Source: Chrysomallon squamiferum | Lineage: Eukaryota; Animalia; Mollusca | Length of the DNA: 64,000 nt | NCBI GenBank assembly: GCA_012295275.1 | Contig: CM022671.1 | Location: 34,162,001 to 34,226,000 of the forward strand | Direction: 5' to 3' | Shown: piece after piece, positions 16,575-38,872 of the stretch | Layout: every line of letters begins with the position of its first letter | How positions within the stretch are numbered: the first letter of the stretch is position 1 | Program-made: the position numbers and the translations under genes | Notes under the pieces: generated by a model | The model's database searches: none | Told to the model about the DNA's origin: nothing | The model's input: the letters and a program-made list of their open reading frames with translations, nothing else

Positions 16575-16961
16575 TAATAATAATAATAATCATAATAATA
16601 CTTTTTATGGTTTATTGTTTTTGATTTAGAAAATATAGATTGGGTCTCTTTTCATTTCATTTCATCGTTTTCAAATTTTTTTTGTTTTTTTTAAAGCTGA
16701 TAGCGATATAAAAGAAATATGACAATTTTAGATCTTACAGTGTTTTCTTACAGTAATAAAATAGTCTAAAGATTAAAAAGAAACAAAAAGGTAAATAACT
16801 ATTTCGTAAAATGTAAAAATGGCTAAAATGTGGACGCTTTATATATTAATTTCTATTTAAGTATTCCGACTACTGTTTCTATTTCTTCTTAATTTTCTTC
16901 GTATTTTAAAAATCTTATTATTATTTACTTTTTTGTTTGTTTGTTTATTTATTTATTTAAT

Positions 16962-17012
<51 letters not shown>

Positions 17013-17589
17013 TTAGTTAATTAATTTATATTTATTATTTCTGTTTTTGCTTTATAGCAGTTGTCATTTTGATGTTTATTTTTTTTAAATTTCATCTCAC
17101 CATAAATCTAGAGCTATTACTGTGTTTATTTTGTGTATATCTACACATGTATCTTAGTATACAATGCAATATACGTGTCATATGTGTGTAATAATGGACA
17201 TGTATGTATATATATATATATACAGATATGTATGTATGTATGTATGTATGTTTGTATATGTGTGTATATTTATATATGTAACTCTCTCTCTCTATATATA
17301 TATATGCATGTATCTATGTATGTATTTATATATATATGTATATGTATATATATACAGGTGTAGAAATGCAGTAAATGAATATTTTCAAACATTGTAAGGA
17401 TCTGGATTTATTAGTATTATATATATATATACGCTTGCATGTTTATAATGTAGTATATGTATGTGTATGTAAGTCTATCAATGCAGTACAGTTATGTATA
17501 CAGGTGTGTTAACGCGGTACGTGTACCAACGTGTAAGTGTAGTAATGCAGCGTGTGAGAGAGGGAAGTGACACCAAAATGTGACACTAT

Positions 17590-18881
17590 CTATTGTCTTG
17601 ATAAAATTATTTCATACCTCGAGAACGAAGAATTCAGCTGATAGACAGGCTGGCTGCTGTTGTCGCTGTAGCTCTGCCACTGGCAAGAGCTGCCGCCGTA
17701 CACGTTCGAGTTGCACGTCGTCGCCGAGGGCGAGCTGCAGCTGCCGGCGTTGTGGTACCACTTCATGAAGGGATTGCCTATGCTCTGCCTCAGCAGCGCC
17801 TCGTCCAGTCTGTACGCCCGCCGCTCCGCCTCGGTGTAAGGAGAGTACATAGAACCGTACACTGTAGGAGGGTGGTTGAACGTCACCCCGGGGTTCAGGG
17901 CGGACCCGGGGGGGCGTTTCCCAGGTATCCGTTCGCCATGGGATACATTCCAAAGTCGCCTTCCTTCTTTCTTCCCCGACGTCGAGATCGCCGTCGCTGG
18001 CGGAAATCGCCTCGCATGAAGTCTTGGATGTTGGCGGGGTGGATGGCCCAGTAGTTGCCTTTGCCGTCCTCGCAGCGTCCCGCTTTGATGAAGCAGTCGT
18101 TCAAAGACAGGTTGTGTCTGACGCTGTTCCGCCAGCCCTGACCTCGGTTCAGGTAGTACGGGTAGTTCGTCTCGATCCAGGAATAAATGGATCCAAGGTT
18201 GAGTCGTTTCTGGGAAGACTCTAAGATCGCCTTGCCGATGAGAGCGATGTAGGAGAGAGTCGGTTTGACGTCAGCGCCACTGGGTTTGGAGTCGTCGTCG
18301 TCGTTTTTGCCCTGCGGCTTCGGTTCGGTTTGGTTTTTGTTAAATTTCTCGCTGTTTTCGCTTTTCTCGCTTTCTTCGACTCCAGCCAGACTCGAGTCTT
18401 CGTTGGCATTCAACTGTTCTGTTAAAACAGCAGAACTCACGTCAGTTCGAAATCCATCGGATTCCTGTTCCAGTTTCAAATCCTCAATTTTAACCGGTTC
18501 TGGATTAATGTCAGGAATCATTTTGGACTCGTTGCCGTCGTATCGAGCTCTGAATTCAGCTGTAGAGTCTGCTCTGAAGTTTAACTGCTCCGATTCGCGC
18601 TGTGAGGAAAATTCGGTGAAGTCCGCGTCTCTGGAGGGAATCTTGCAGAAAGAAGGGTTGGAATTCGTGGCAAATCCACAGTGAAAAAAAGTGGAATCGG
18701 CATACGACGGCGGTTCTCTGGATATGAAACCAGAAGGGTTGTTGCTGCTGTAGTTCCCATAGCAGACGTCAGTATCGCCGTAGTGTCCGTGGTGAAGCTT
18801 TATGGTGCCGTTGTCGTAGTTGGCAGATGTCCCGTACAAGCTGGCCTGGTAGACGGCTTGGTCGTAGTGAACGTTTTGCAT
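17590..18881 (-). CDS. FoxQ2: Forkhead box transcription factor, FoxQ2 class (~430 aa once a 1-nt frameshift at ~17908-17914 is corrected)
   Basis: ATG at 18881 (MQNVHYDQ...). Complete forkhead domain KPTLSYIALIGKAILESSQKRLNLGSIYSWIETNYPYYLNRGQGWRNSVRHNLSLNDCFIKAGRCEDGKGNYWAIHPANIQDFMRGDFRQRR; the GKGNYWAIHPAN..DF.RGDFR.RR tail is typical of FoxQ2. As written, the frame stops at 17895. Adding one C to the C7 run joins it to GSALNPGVTFNHPPTVYGSMYSPY... (ORF 17590-17886), which has the same GC-rich coding composition, through to TAG at 17590-17592. Confidence 0.9.
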
Positions 18882-19129
18882 ATTCAAATTCTCGAGGAGT
18901 TAATTCTCTGTTTTTTTTTTTTTTTTTTTTTTTGTTCTTCCCCAAAACGAACACAATCGGCTTGTTACAGCGAATGTTTGAAAAACAACGCTCAACTAAG
19001 AATTACGCTCGACATCTCGAATTTACGTCGACAAATGACTAACGTTTGTAAGTTGTAGCCAAACTTTGTAACTTCGCCTCAAACACACCTATTGTAGTTA
19101 ATTAACTGGGAACGAGTTTCAGTTTATCA

Positions 19130-19300
19130 TCCACTTCACCTGTCGAAATATTTCAGTGGCCAAATGTCGTCGCCTCTTTCTTTCTAATCTGCGAGACATT
19201 TCATTAGCTGACGGGTACCGCTTGCTAAAATACGATTGGTCAGTGTCTGAAGGGGTGGGCTACCAGTGGGCGTGGTTTGTGAATATGGGTATAACAACAC
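19130..19300 (-). promoter_or_regulatory. Putative proximal promoter of FoxQ2 (CCAAT box and GC/GT boxes)
   Basis: ATTGG at 19235-19239 (CCAAT on the minus strand), GGGGTGGGC at ~19252-19260 and GGGCGTGG at 19268-19275. These lie in a GC-raised island ~350-400 bp upstream of the ATG. Confidence 0.45.
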
Positions 19301-19794
19301 CGAGATAAGAAGCGTTGTGAAGTGTCCAACTCGGGACTAAACACAAACAATCAGTGATTAAGCTAATTCGAAAATAAAAAGCTTACAAATATGTGCTGAG
19401 TTTTGCGTGTAAACAGCTGAAGTAGTGCAGGAAACACGATCGGAAGAATCAAGGTTCGGGTACTGATCAAGAGATGATACACAACCAGACGCTCAAATTT
19501 GCTGTAATCAGTTTGGTACAAGGTACTCGTGATTTGTAATGAGTCAGAGAGTACTGATGATGGCTAAGAACAGACTAAACCTGTTTTAATATAAAGTGTT
19601 GTTAAATCTAAAATAGACAGGTTTTTGAAAACTTTTGGCTGTTTTTCTTTTTCTTTATTATTTCGTTTTATTATTATTATTATTATTATTATTGTTATTA
19701 TTATTATTGTTGTTGTTGTTATTGTTGTTACAATTATTATTATAGTTATTATTATTAATACTATTATTATTATTAGTACTATTATTATTATAAT

Positions 19795-19838
<44 letters not shown>

Positions 19839-20195
19839 TATTATTAGTAGTAGTAGTATTTGACACACCGATTATGGAGAAGTGATTAGAATGGGAAATA
19901 TCCATGCAAGACGTCGATTCTGCGATTCTTAGTACTCAAGAAAAATAATCGTAATGTCAATGTTTCAAAGTAACTTCACACATGCATACGTAAACACACA
20001 CGCACACACACACAAACACACTCACAGACACACACACATTCATGTTGTGAGTAAAATAAAACTATAATTAACATAACGCTAAAGAAAACAAAAAATTAAT
20101 AAGATTATGTTGCTTTCAGTTTTATTAATCTGTTAGTTCCGAATAATCAAATAATAAATATATCTATCGAATATAAAATATAATTATAGCGAAGA

Positions 20196-20283
<88 letters not shown>

Positions 20284-20844
20284 AATATTAGTTCGGTTCT
20301 TGAAGAGATTTATAAATATTAGATTTATTTGTTTCAAAGAAAGAAGAAAAAGAAAAATCAATAAAATCAAGAAAGATAAATCTTGAAACAAACCAACAGA
20401 AAACTGAAGTCGGTAACAGCACTTTGTCTAAAAAAAAAAAAAAAGCAACCCATAAATAACTAAACAAATAAACAAACAAATAAATAACAATAATACAAAT
20501 ATATTTCATATCTTTTTTTCTTCTTTTTTATCCATATGGTGAAAACATATATTACATATACTCTTATATATCCAGATATTAATATATAAATATTTATTAG
20601 TGAAATAATACTAAACTAAACAAAACAAAAATAGAACGATAATAACTACAACAATAATAACAACCACTAGTTAAAACCTTTTTTCGATGATTTATTTTTT
20701 TTTTTTTTTTTTTTTTATTCTTGTTTTGGAGGAAAAACATTAAATTTAAAATAAATATAATAAATAAATAAAAAAAAAAAAAAAAAAAATAAGTAAATAT
20801 TTCAAATAATTTTATGTTCGTTCCCTAATTCATTAATTCATCTG

Positions 20845-20913
<69 letters not shown>

Positions 20914-21710
20914 GCTCCTTCACGACAAATAATTAAATTTCTTGGCTACCTAATAATTATTCCTCTCAAGTTGGCTGCAATCCAATAATTCATTTTTGTT
21001 TCAAGTACCTGTTATTTTTTTCTCCTTTATCTGACGATTATTTAACGAGTGATCGGCAGTCGCCAAATCGTCGAGTGATTTAAAATCAAAGAAAGCAAAT
21101 AGCAAACTCGATGACAACCGAACCATACGAAACTATTCGGTTCGATCCGTGAAACACGGCGGACAATGACGAAAGTGATGCAAAGACATTCCTGACGGTA
21201 AGTTTCGTATCTCGGACGAAACGAGAATCTCGTATTAAGTTGATTCCTGTGCTTCGAGTATTCAAAGGAAATCGTAATGGAGGCGATTTTGGTTTGTCTG
21301 TTTGGGAACTGACAAAGATTGCAGGTATTTTGGCACATCAAAGAGACTGATTTTCTTATTTAATATCATCGGCGTTTGAACTTCTTTGAGGGGGGCTTAT
21401 GTTTAAAGAATTATCAGGTATTATTAATTTGAAAATAAATAAAACAAGTACGGTACAACAGAAAAAAGTAAATTAATAACATAAAATAAAGACCTCAGAA
21501 ATCGTTATTAATCTTAATAAAGGATGATATAATTTTAAGAAAAGATAATATAAGGGAATAAAACTAAACAAAAACATTTCGTTTAATTATTTAGTTATTG
21601 TTTTTTAACTTCTGCTATCTCTAGATTTCGCTTTACTTGGTGGATAATTTACATTCATGCATATCACATTTTCAGGTTTTAATTTTTCGGTTTTTAATTT
21701 TTGTCTTGTA

Positions 21711-21752
<42 letters not shown>

Positions 21753-22323
21753 AAGAATTTATTATTTTTAACTTTCTCTAGGAAAATAAAATAACGATTA
21801 AAAAATAAATGAATTACATAAAGCAATATCACCTTTTATTGGATGAAATTCAGAGCTGAAATATTTATTTATCTGTACCTAATTATAAGAAGTGAAAGTA
21901 CAACTTAATAACTAACTAACTAAATAAATAAATAAAAAATCAATAATAATAAAAATGATGGTGATGATAATGGTGGTGGTGATGATGATGCTGATGATAA
22001 TAAGAAGAACACATCTTTTCTTGAAAGCCATTAATTTTATTGGCTAAAAAGATTCATTTGGTAGATACTGTATATATAAATAATAACACACATACAGTAA
22101 ATAATAAACAAGGATTAATTTCTACATACATCCAATGTTCTTTTTGTTGTGAAATATCCTTAAATATTTATTAACTTTCTGTTTTTGTTTTATGTTTAAT
22201 AATAAAGACCAACAAGATCTTTAATAAATAAATAAATAAATAAATAGATAAACAAGCAATTAAACAAACAAACATACTAAAGATACTATTAGTAATAAAT
22301 AAATAAAAAATATATAAAAAAAT

Positions 22324-22368
<45 letters not shown>

Positions 22369-23206
22369 TTGTAGTAATAGTATTAGTAGTATTGTAGTAG
22401 TAATAATAATTACGATGATGATGATGATGATGATGATAAACGAATGAACAAATGAGCTCGCCAGCTATCCAATTTGTTTTTACAGAAATACATTTTTTAT
22501 CACACCAGTCGTCTTTATCTAATTTTAAGTGACAAAGTGTGGCTGATATTTTTAATCTCTGTGTTATTTAACACGTAATTAGTTAAATCGCTTAATTCGC
22601 TGCAGGCGTAGGTTCCCGCCACTTTTGGTGTAGCGCGTGCGCTGACGTTGTTTCTTTGCCAATTTCGTTTGCTACTTGTGTATTGCTACAGCAACTGGCG
22701 GGATCAAACGAGGCGCGCGCGCGCGCACGTGGAAGGTGTTAGTTCTTGACAGGTTGTAATATTTAACTTACAAAGTTGTTTTAATTTAGAATATGAAAAC
22801 TGGAGAAAATATATCTCTTTTATTTGTTTATTTGCTTATTTATTTGCTTAGTAACTGCTACTACTACTACTGCTGCTGCTGCTGTTGTTGTTGTTATTTT
22901 TGTTCGTTATCCTTTGTAATACAGGTTCATTACAAAATCCTTGTCTAGATTTCAGTTTTCTTAATTTTCTTTCTTTCTTCTTCTTCTTCTTATTCGTCTT
23001 CATCGTCTTCTTCTTTTATTCTAATTAATTATTGCTTGAACTGTATTGTTAATGTTAACATTTTCTTTTGGTCTTTTTGATACTAGTTTTTCATTTTTGT
23101 TATTTATTTATTTATTTGTTGTTGTTTTTGTTATTATTATTATTAAAGTGAATATAATTTAATATAATATTAAGTAATTATAATTTACTTAATAAATTTT
23201 ATTCTA

Positions 23207-23237
<31 letters not shown>

Positions 23238-23464
23238 TATCTGATGTCCTTTTCGTTTTGAAAAATTCATTTTAAATTTAGTAATAAGATCACTAATTAA
23301 TTTGAAAATCCAGTGCTTCTGTTTATTATTTTAATTTTAAAACAGAATAACTTAGTTATGTCTAATTTTATGATAAATGTAATATTTGCTGGAAACACAT
23401 AAAATAGTGGATTAAATCGATGAATATTTAAATAAATAATGAAATAAATAAATAATCGAAAAAT

Positions 23465-23518
<54 letters not shown>

Positions 23519-24366
23519 TAACAACAATCGTGAACATCATTATTATTATTCACGAATATGTTTCTTACTGTTAAATATATGACGCATATAATTTTATTTG
23601 CAATTCTAAAAATGAAGTTAAAGAAGAAAATAATTACATTGCCTGTACCGACAGTAGCAAGACTAATAGCTCATGAAAGGTCAGAAATAAATTAAATTAG
23701 AAAACTGAAATGAAAATAATATACAAGAATGTGTGTGAGATTAGATAAAACGTTAAAAAATTTAAATCATTATAAATAACAATAAATTGAAATATTGAAA
23801 TATTTAAGATATTTTATAATTTAGAAAGTATATCATATCAATTTTTTTTTATAAAGATTAATAACGATTTCTGAGATTTTGAAAACGAACAACAATAGCA
23901 ATAATAAATAAATAAATAAATAAATAAATAAATACTTTACATTAAACAACATTACAAAATATTCCAGCTTGTTGCTAAGATTTTGTCAACGAGAATTTAG
24001 CACGGACGGATCAGAGATCTTGAAAATTAATTTTCAAACCAGCGAATCCGTCACTTTATATATAGTGTACTGACAGAAGATTTTAAATTTAACAATTACT
24101 TTTAGAGCGCACACTTAATACTTCATAGCACGCACACGTTCTCCTATTTCTGCTGCGTCGCGCTAACTTCTTTAGCAGAAGTTAAATTGTGTTTTAAATG
24201 CGAGATAGTTCAGTTTTTCAGTTCCTTCTAAAAGCACTTGATGAACAAGTTTGTGCGAGTGAGAGATAAAAGAATGAATATTAAATTTTGTTTCGTTTTG
24301 TTAACTCTTGACTCGTAAGCTCAGTGTAAATAAAATAAAAATAAAAATCACGAAATTAGACGAACA

Positions 24367-24433
<67 letters not shown>

Positions 24434-24632
24434 AAGAAGAAAGGGAGTGAAAAAGAAAAAAAGAGTAAGCATAGAAAAGAAACATAAGTAACAGCATTAA
24501 AACAGAAAATGGCCCAATAATCGCTTTTGTATAATTCTGTTTAATTGCGTATGAAAATAAAAACCAATTCAGCGGCTACGGAAAAAGAGTTTCAAGGCAA
24601 AAGTTTTATTATATTACTTATAAAACATTGGC

Positions 24633-24663
<31 letters not shown>

Positions 24664-25467
24664 TTAAAAATAATGAAAATTTCATCACGACAAATTCGTC
24701 TTGCATCAACACTGAAAATACTTTATCAAATTAACTAAACCTCCATTTAAAAATGATTTTCTATTGTTAAATCGCTACCGCTGTCTTTACTAATACAAAC
24801 CCAGTGTACTATCATTGTTCAGTAACAGTTATCACTACTAATATTAATACTTGTAATATAGTAGCAATAATAGTAGTAGTAACAGTAATAACAGAATTAA
24901 TAGGACTAATAGTACTAAAAGTACTAATAGTAGTAATAGTAATAACTGTAGTAGTAGAAATAATAATAATAATAATAACAACAACAACAATAGGGAAATC
25001 TGATTCATTATGAGTAACAACAAAAATGGCGTTGAATCTATTAAGACACTTCATTCTTTTGTAGAAGTAATATCTATGGTAATTGATGGATGTTACATTA
25101 AAGTTTATGTACAAATAGCGTACTTTGACCTCGCTCTGTGCTCTAGAAGAACTGCGGAAGAAGAACATTAATTATGGAATCTTCGAAAAGGTCATTAAAT
25201 TGATGCTTTGGCTTGTCAACATTCATAGGATGCAGAAATCACGTCAGACGAAATGAGCGCGCGCGCGGGTGGATTAGCAGACGATCTATTTGGGCACGAG
25301 CTAATCACTTGTAATATTCATTTTATACAACGCTCGAGATGTAATTACATGTTATTGATCCGTTTCTTCTGACAGTTTCTCCAAACGTCTTCCGTGCTTT
25401 ACTTTCACAAAATATTTTATGTGTCAGATTTTGAATTCTGCTTTCAGACTGGCTGACTGACTGACTC

Positions 25468-25551
<84 letters not shown>

Positions 25552-26953
25552 TCGAGATACATGAGTATAGTTAGCTTTGAATCAAACTATAGTTTTTTTA
25601 ACACGTACTATTACTACTACTACTAATAATAATCATAATAATAAAGACTATTTAAATAATAATAATTACTGTTATTGATCAGCAACAAAGAATATTCTAA
25701 ATATATTTTCCCATTTATAATGTTTAAAAATAACCGTTATATTGTTTATTGTATAAGTATGTTAATTTTATATTTATGAATGATCAAGAACACGAAATAC
25801 AACATTTAAAAAGTCCTAAAGAGGCTGTATGTGTGATGTCATTGTTATTTGCTGAAGTCAAGCTTACTTGTCTATGTTATACGTATAACGAATACATGAA
25901 CACCTGTTAACGATACGTTAATAAATTATCAGTGTCAAACATTCGTGTTTTATTTATTGATGACATGAAAACCATTGCGTGGTTTACTTTTAATAAGCAA
26001 CAGCACCTTTCTGGACGCAGGAAGACACATACCACATCCTTTGATAAACTAATACGACTTTCTTTGACTTTGACTTTATTGTTTAACATTTTTTGTTTAT
26101 TTAATTCACAAAGGATATACTATGAAATATGAAAACACTACCACAGCCTTTTAAATTAATTATATGACGATAGTTAAAAAGGAACCGAACATCGAACCCA
26201 AAATCAGTCAGACAACCATCCAACCAGCCATATCATCACGTGAGCACACAAGTCACCAGTCACCCAGCTATCACAACAACCATCTAATCAACTGATATTA
26301 CTTCTAAAAATGTTAGTATAAGAGCTTTCTCCAAAAAAAAAAAAAAAAAAAAAAAAAGCATGAGAAGAATCAAAATAAGGAAAAACGTATAAAATGAACT
26401 AGGATTTAGTGTGTAAATAGAAGTCTTTCTGGGTTAGATCTTCAGCAGCGATCTCGCTCACAGAAGGAAAACTTTGCTTGGCGATCTCATGAATAACTGA
26501 ATACCAAACGAGACGCGAATCGATTTTTATGGCACGCGCGATTTGTCGTCTGCTTTTACTCTTCTGACGCCTTTTGTCTGCGCGCCAATATGCTGCATAG
26601 TGTTACTCGTGTCGTCACGTTCAAAAAGTGTTACATTGTTCCTCAGTGGGTTGTTATGGCCACCGTTCATCGTGTGATACTTGGCTAGATTTTTGTTCAT
26701 CTACATCAAAAATCATCATCGATATTCAAGTCGTGCACACCGCCGTTTGAAACTTGCTCGCATCGCCTCACGATACAGTCCAGTAGTTTTCAAAGACGAT
26801 AAAGTTTTGTTTTATGCACATATATAGAGAGAGAGTGGAAAAAAAAAAGAAGACTATTCAGATTCAAAACGATCCACTGGATTGATGAGAGAATTTTGTT
26901 TTGTGTGTTTTAATTTGATAAATATAGACTTTTATGTCAATTAGGAATATAAA

Positions 26954-34161
<7,208 letters not shown>

Positions 34162-35755
34162 CACAACTTCCGTTTCCTGTTTCCTGGATGATGATGAGCA
34201 AGAATATGATACGAACATGTAAATGAATATGTATATAAACAGAATTTTTGAACGAAATAAAATAATAATAAATTACCAAAAAAAAATAAATAAAAATAAA
34301 ATAAAAATAAATAAATAAATAATAATAAAAATATTTAAAAACCCACAAACCCCCCCACACCCCCCACACACACAGCAACAACAACCAACATACAGAAAAC
34401 TCAATTATATTAAAATAAATAAACAGCTGAAAATTACGAGATACGCAGACACCTGCTCTAATAATCTGTGCAAATAGTTTTTAAAACTCCTGTCGAGGTA
34501 ACAAAAATGCACCAAAAGAAACAACATTCGAACGAAATCAGAAACAACAACAACAACAAACACATGCTAGGTTTCCCCAAGCAGTAAATGATGACGTCAT
34601 AAACTTTAGACGTCTGAAATATGTTTCGGGTTTTCCTAAGACTAAGTATAATGAGAAAAGATGCCCATTATTTTATTAGGTGAGGATAAAACAGAATAAC
34701 AGGGAAAATATTTGTTCAGATTATTAAAAAATCTAGTAATCCATTTTTAACTATTAGTGATTTTTAGATAGTATTTGACGTTCTAGTAATTTGAAGTTTG
34801 ACAGATTTGTCAAAGACTAATTAGCAATTTTGAACTTTCGTATCATGACAGTAAATTTTCGGATTGTTATTGATTATATATATATATATATATATATACA
34901 TATATATGTACGTATATATATGTATATGTGTGTATGTTTAGTTATGTATTATTGTATATGTACAATATAAATATACAGAATGGTATATAGATGGCTTACT
35001 TAAGGGTAAAAACTTTAATTCTGTTAGATATTTTGTATACATTTTTATTGTAAACATTTTTATACTTGCATAATTTTTGTATTTCCAGATGAGATTTTGT
35101 ATTTAATTTGAATTTAATTTAAAAAAAAAAAATGTATAGGTTATGTCTACTAGATATTATATCGTATTTGTTGTATGCTGAATTTTATATTGTATTAATA
35201 TTACGTTTTTATGATAACTGATTTCATATATAACAACTGTGCCGAACATAAATTATGATAATTATGCAGACTACATTAAGAAGACGTCACTGATTTTCCG
35301 GTAATAAGACATCCGGTATAATTAGTGATTCCGGAAAACTTACCATGACGGAATTTCAAATTATCTCCCGCTTCTCAATTTATCGAATATTTGAATGAGA
35401 AAAAAAAAAAATCATTCGTTACTTATGCAACAACTGTAAAACTCTGTTGGAATGAATAATATAAAAACAAAATTTCTTTTCCAGAAAATCAATGGTAATT
35501 AGTATTGTTAAAATTATATTTTGTTGTCATTTGTCATTGATGAAACACTTGAAGTTCAATGTTTAAATATATTCTTTTTTTATTATTATTATTCCTTGCT
35601 GTTAAATAAATGTGATATAGAAAATCTCTGTTTTATTTTATTATGCACATTTTTCACATGCCAATGTAAAAATAGGTGATAACAATAATAAGAAGAAGTG
35701 AAATAAAAAAAAAAAACGAAAGAAAGAATGACAAAAACAAAACAAAACAAAACAC

Positions 35756-35823
<68 letters not shown>

Positions 35824-36059
35824 TATAATAATAATAATAATAATAATAAAAATAAATAATTAAAAAAAAAAAAAAAAGGTTATCATTGAACTCGAGTATC
35901 TTTGATAATTAACTAATTAGTTTATAAAACTTGTTATTCCTGTAATGATTCGTGCGTTAATTTCCAGGTGGAGTAGATTACAGGTAACTGATTAATTAAT
36001 TAATTCATCGTCTGCCACGTCATTCATTCGCTGCTAACACGTGCATTTTTTCTTTTTAT

Positions 36060-36400
36060 TTCGATTTTTTTTTTTTTTTTTTGATTTCACGCATTCAGTC
36101 ATTCATGTCTTCACTCTATATGTTCATTTGTTCATTCACTCACTCACTCACTCACATTCTTTCTTTCTTTCTTTATTCATCCTCCAATCCATTCATTCGG
36201 TCATTTTTTCATTCTTTCATTGATTGGTGGATTCATTCACTCACTCGTTCATTCATTTTTGTTAGTTCTTCCGTTCATTCATTCATTCATTCACTTATTC
36301 TTTCGTTTTCGTTCGTTCGTTTTACTCACTCATTCATATTTATCTTTCGTTCATTCGTTTATCCATTCAGTTATTCATCCACTCCATCACTCATTCATTG
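36060..36400. repeat. Degenerate (TTCA/CTCA)n tetranucleotide repeat
   Basis: Read directly. Confidence 0.8.
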
Positions 36401-36714
36401 ATATCTTCACCAGCAGTTGTGCATTCCTAACAGAAGAACAAGTTAAATAATGTAATCACCTTTAGGGTTCAAACGCGACAGTAACGCAGATACAAAAGCC
36501 TGGTATTCTGGGCGTGACTGTGTTAAATTAAAACTGATACTGTACTTTTCATAACCAGAAAAAAAATCGACAACTCCTCTACATAAAACCTATTTATTTC
36601 TTATGTAAAAAGTACAGCGCGCATATTTTTGTCGCTGCTCAGCAAATACGGTTGTCCGGTTCAGTCATAACTGAAAACTTGGAGGTCCGTGTTAACAGAA
36701 TTAAACAACTCGGT

Positions 36715-37292
<578 letters not shown>

Positions 37293-37569
37293 GTGCGGCT
37301 GCGGCTGCGTTACTTGTATTACATTATTCTAAACACTGCACGGTTGTTGTCGAACATTTAAAATAATAATTAAGACCCATAAGGCTTACCGTAAAAAATT
37401 TTTTTTTTTTTTTTTTTTTTATTCAATTACGTGCCATTCATCTGAATTACACGAACTAGATTTATCACCCGGACAAATCCATTAACTTGGGTGTGTGTAT
37501 GTGTGAGTGTGTGTGTGTGTCTGCCTTTTTATGTATTTTTATTGCTGTTAATTCACAAAACTCCACTAA

Positions 37570-37773
37570 AGAAAGGCAGAGTCATGCAGACGGTTCGCTG
37601 AGAGGCGAGGACGAGCCAGCTGGAAGCCTAAGAGAAAGTGAATTATATTAAGTGTGTGCCGTTTTCTCATGTTTAATTCGCGCAAAATTAAATCTCGGGT
37701 TTCTCGTGTGTTTGTGACCCAGAAGTCGTCTAATGGCGAGCAGAGAGCGAAGTCAAGCTGTTTCTGTTGTTAG
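37570..37773 (+). other. Candidate non-coding 5'UTR exon of the arrestin-domain gene
   Basis: GC-raised island ending in a strong donor, TAG|GTAAGC at 37773/37774. A matching polypyrimidine acceptor TTTTTTTTCAG| lies at 39738, 183 nt upstream of the arrestin ATG. Confidence 0.35.
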
Positions 37774-37947
37774 GTAAGCCGAGGTTTGTTTACTTTGGAG
37801 ATTTAGGAGTTTAGTAATCTAAATTCTATTGTTATACGGTTGTGTCTCTCTTTCGCTCTCTCTCTCTCTCTGAGTTGTGTGTCTTTTGTATGTGTTTTTA
37901 TTAATTTTTTTTTTATGAAGGTTCGTAATAGAAACATATGGATAAAT

Positions 37948-38019
<72 letters not shown>

Positions 38020-38443
38020 AACGAAATCCAGCAGCATAAAATGTTACTTCTACTATTACTATTGCTGCTGCTGTTACGACAACTACAGCAGCAACTAAAA
38101 TCATCTACTAATACCACCACCACTACCACTAACTGCTACTGCTACTACAATCACCACCAGTCCACCATTGTCAGCAGTACTACAACTATTTCGAATAATG
38201 GACTTAAATACATTTTTATCTGTATCTGTGATCATGAGGAGTACAATACAGAAATGCTAAAAAATGTCGCTAAAGGATTTTATAGTTTGGCCTTAGGTGA
38301 CCGTCTGTTTGGAAAAAAAGTAAAAAATCCATTTAAAACAAATATTTGTCATATTCGGTTAAGTCTTACCGAGAAGACAAAAGAATTGCTGACTTTATGC
38401 TTTAAAAACAGCGTTTGAACAAGTATGAAAAATTAATAATAAT

Positions 38444-38478
<35 letters not shown>

Positions 38479-38784
38479 TGATGATGATCATGATGATAAC
38501 GATAGTTATAATATAATAATAATAACGATGACAATTATAGTAGTAGTTGTAGTAATAATAATAATAATAATAAAAATGATTATGATAATGATAATAATAA
38601 TAATAATGTCAATGATGATAAAAGAACATATAAATAAACAAAGAAATGAAAAAAAAAATAATTAAAAGAAAATAATTAGTAAGTGAAATAAATAAAGTAT
38701 ACATTTAAAACAAAAATGAAAATAATAATAAAACTAAAAATAGTAATAAAACTAATAATAATAATAAAAAAAAAATAATAATAA

Positions 38785-38820
<36 letters not shown>

Positions 38821-38829
38821 ATAATAATA

Positions 38830-38872
<43 letters not shown>

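Noticed and set aside
17580-19058. Several overlapping plus-strand and alternative-frame ORFs over FoxQ2
   Set aside because: These are shadow ORFs of a GC-rich CDS with no recognisable motifs. The same applies to the shadow ORFs over the arrestin and GPCR genes.
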